Below, piece after piece: positions 63,801-64,000 of a stretch of 64,000 bases of DNA (position 1 is its first letter; the number at the start of each line of letters is the position of its first letter). The notes beneath the pieces are model-generated. The model was not told the origin of the DNA, ran no database searches, and was given only the letters and a program-made list of their open reading frames with translations. The stretch comes from Pyrinomonadaceae bacterium (lineage in GTDB: Bacteria > Acidobacteriota > Blastocatellia > Pyrinomonadales > Pyrinomonadaceae). The DNA is taken from NCBI GenBank assembly GCA_044867735.1, contig JBIOVO010000286.1:1666-65665 (forward strand), read 5' to 3'. The position numbers were made by a program, and so were the translations under genes.

Positions 63801-64000
63801 CCACCACCATCTCCACGCTGCGGTCCATGCACAACCCAACCACCACTTCCGGTCCGGCGCCGAGTTCTTGTAAGTAATGCGCCAGTTGATTGCTGCGCCG
63901 GTTCAACTCGCCATAGCTCACCTGCTCGCCTTCGCAGACCAACGCCACTGCTTCCGGTTGCTCCGCCGCGCGCGCTTCAAACAACTGCTGCACACAAATC
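60811..64000 (-). CDS. NRPS, 5' end cut by the window edge: ...A-T-E
   Basis: The track start at 63993 is an internal GTG. The frame stays open to 64000 (..ICVQQLFEARAAEQ, as at the C-A junctions of the other genes). Motifs are YLIYTSGSTGIPKG, SLSFDIAALE, LYGPTETTIWSG, FFELGGDSI and HHLVIDGVSWRI. The tail is TPSDFPEARLSQKDLDKFLTRLTETSEGALI. The code read by eye is DILQWGLIWK. Confidence 0.9.
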   Translation of the reverse strand, partial: ICVQQLFEARAAEQPEAVALVCEGEQVSYGELNRRSNQLAHYLQELGAGPEVVVGLCMDRSVEMVVGLLGILKAGGAYLPLDPTYPQQRLSFMLNDAAPAILLTKQSLLPSLPLSAAHILCLDADQHLFFSHSDENPHANINPFNLAYLIYTSGSTGIPKGVQIQHRALVNFLDSMRREPGLTAGDYLLAVTSLSFDIAALEIFLPLVCGARVEVVSREMAAQGMLLKERLITSRATVMQATPATWRLLAGAGLDGLDGLQRWCGGEALNRELANQLASDQSVVWNLYGPTETTIWSGLWRVAPKTDSVLIGKPIANTQFYVLDEHLRPAPVGVPGELYIGGDGVARGYMNRPELTAERFVANPFGPGTRLYRTGDTVKWKAEGELEYLERRDQQVKVRGYRIELGEIEAVLNEHSSVKESVAAVRDDADGNKRLVAYVVQHEGSEVSAGELRQSVREKLPEYMVPSQLIKLESIPLTPNGKVDRKRLPDVEGTALVVNEYIAPRSTTEARLAEIWKRVLMVDRVGINDNFFELGGDSIVSIQIIALAKELGLQFTPKDLFQHQTIATLLEAIGSSAIIGAEQGLVMGSVSLTPIQHWFFEQELDEPQYFNQSVLLELQQAVEPGLLAEAAQQLVLHHDALRLRFERSESGWNQYHADAAEPVSFTTFDLSTAPASEQSAAIEAEAVAVQASLNLSEGPLVRFVYFDLGESQPARLLAVCHHLVIDGVSWRILLEDLQRACDALLAGQAVQLPSKSTSYQQWSEAIAVYAATPAVQQQLAYWLSAERQQVKPVPRDYDGGENRICDTGVVGVSLSREETEALLQEVPGVYHTQINEVLLSALTVALGRWSGQQVVLVDMEGHGREAISEQVDVSRTVGWFTTIYPVLLEVKGRLTAVGEVVKQVKEQVRAIPEQGMGYGMLRYLGQAGERLRALPQAEVVFNYTGQFDQTLGENGLFRSGREDRGEGRSGANQRAHLLEVTGCVAGGQLQMTWSYSEQVHKRETVERVAADFIEALRELIQQCQWGEVAGFTPSDFPEARLSQKDLDKFLTRLTETSEGALI

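Noticed and set aside
23003-63873. Many plus-strand ORFs across the NRPS region, some long (for example 43335-44534 at 399 aa, 54611-55531 at 306 aa and 31533-32336 at 267 aa).
   Set aside because: All lie antisense to NRPS frames that carry motifs along their whole length. Their translations are Arg/Pro/His/Leu-rich and of low complexity, with no recognisable motif. This is typical of shadow ORFs in GC-rich coding DNA.

Overview
This window is a 64-kb slice of a very large non-ribosomal (lipo)peptide biosynthetic locus. Every credible gene is on the minus strand.

(1) 22.9-64 kb: five co-linear NRPS genes with at least 10 modules. They are built from a strictly repeated bimodule [DCL-type C - A - T][LCL-type C - A - T - E], joined by COM-like docking tails, and end in a TE. 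This predicts a peptide with a D-residue at every second position.

(2) 15.7-22.8 kb: an accessory and export operon. It encodes a SyrD-like cyclic-peptide ABC exporter, a CPA-type cation/proton antiporter, an ABC-2 ATPase and permease pair, MbtH, a Yip1-like membrane protein and a type II thioesterase.

(3) 6-15.4 kb: an unusual tailoring block, bracketed by two inverted copies of one hairpin-rich MITE/REP-like element. It holds a LanB-type (lantibiotic-dehydratase N-domain) protein with no elimination domain, a flavin-dependent halogenase, a stand-alone A-T didomain, an S51 peptidase and a DUF418/YeiB membrane protein.

(4) 1-4853: a long ORF missing from the supplied track because it has no stop codon in the window. 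It encodes a FAAL-ACP-C-A lipo-initiation NRPS that reads out of the left edge.

The most interesting signals are:
- the elimination-domain-less LanB/PEARL-like enzyme sitting inside thiotemplate machinery;
- a PRMT-fold methyltransferase inserted between A8 and A9 of an adenylation domain, with a second copy in the stand-alone A-T whose SAM motif is degenerate;
- a two-helix hydrophobic hairpin inserted in the terminal TE;
- mosaic A domains;
- a family of intercistronic palindromes built from tandem 8-10-mers.

I recognised no rRNA, tRNA, CRISPR array, integrase or transposase gene. All specificity codes and domain limits were read by eye and are approximate.
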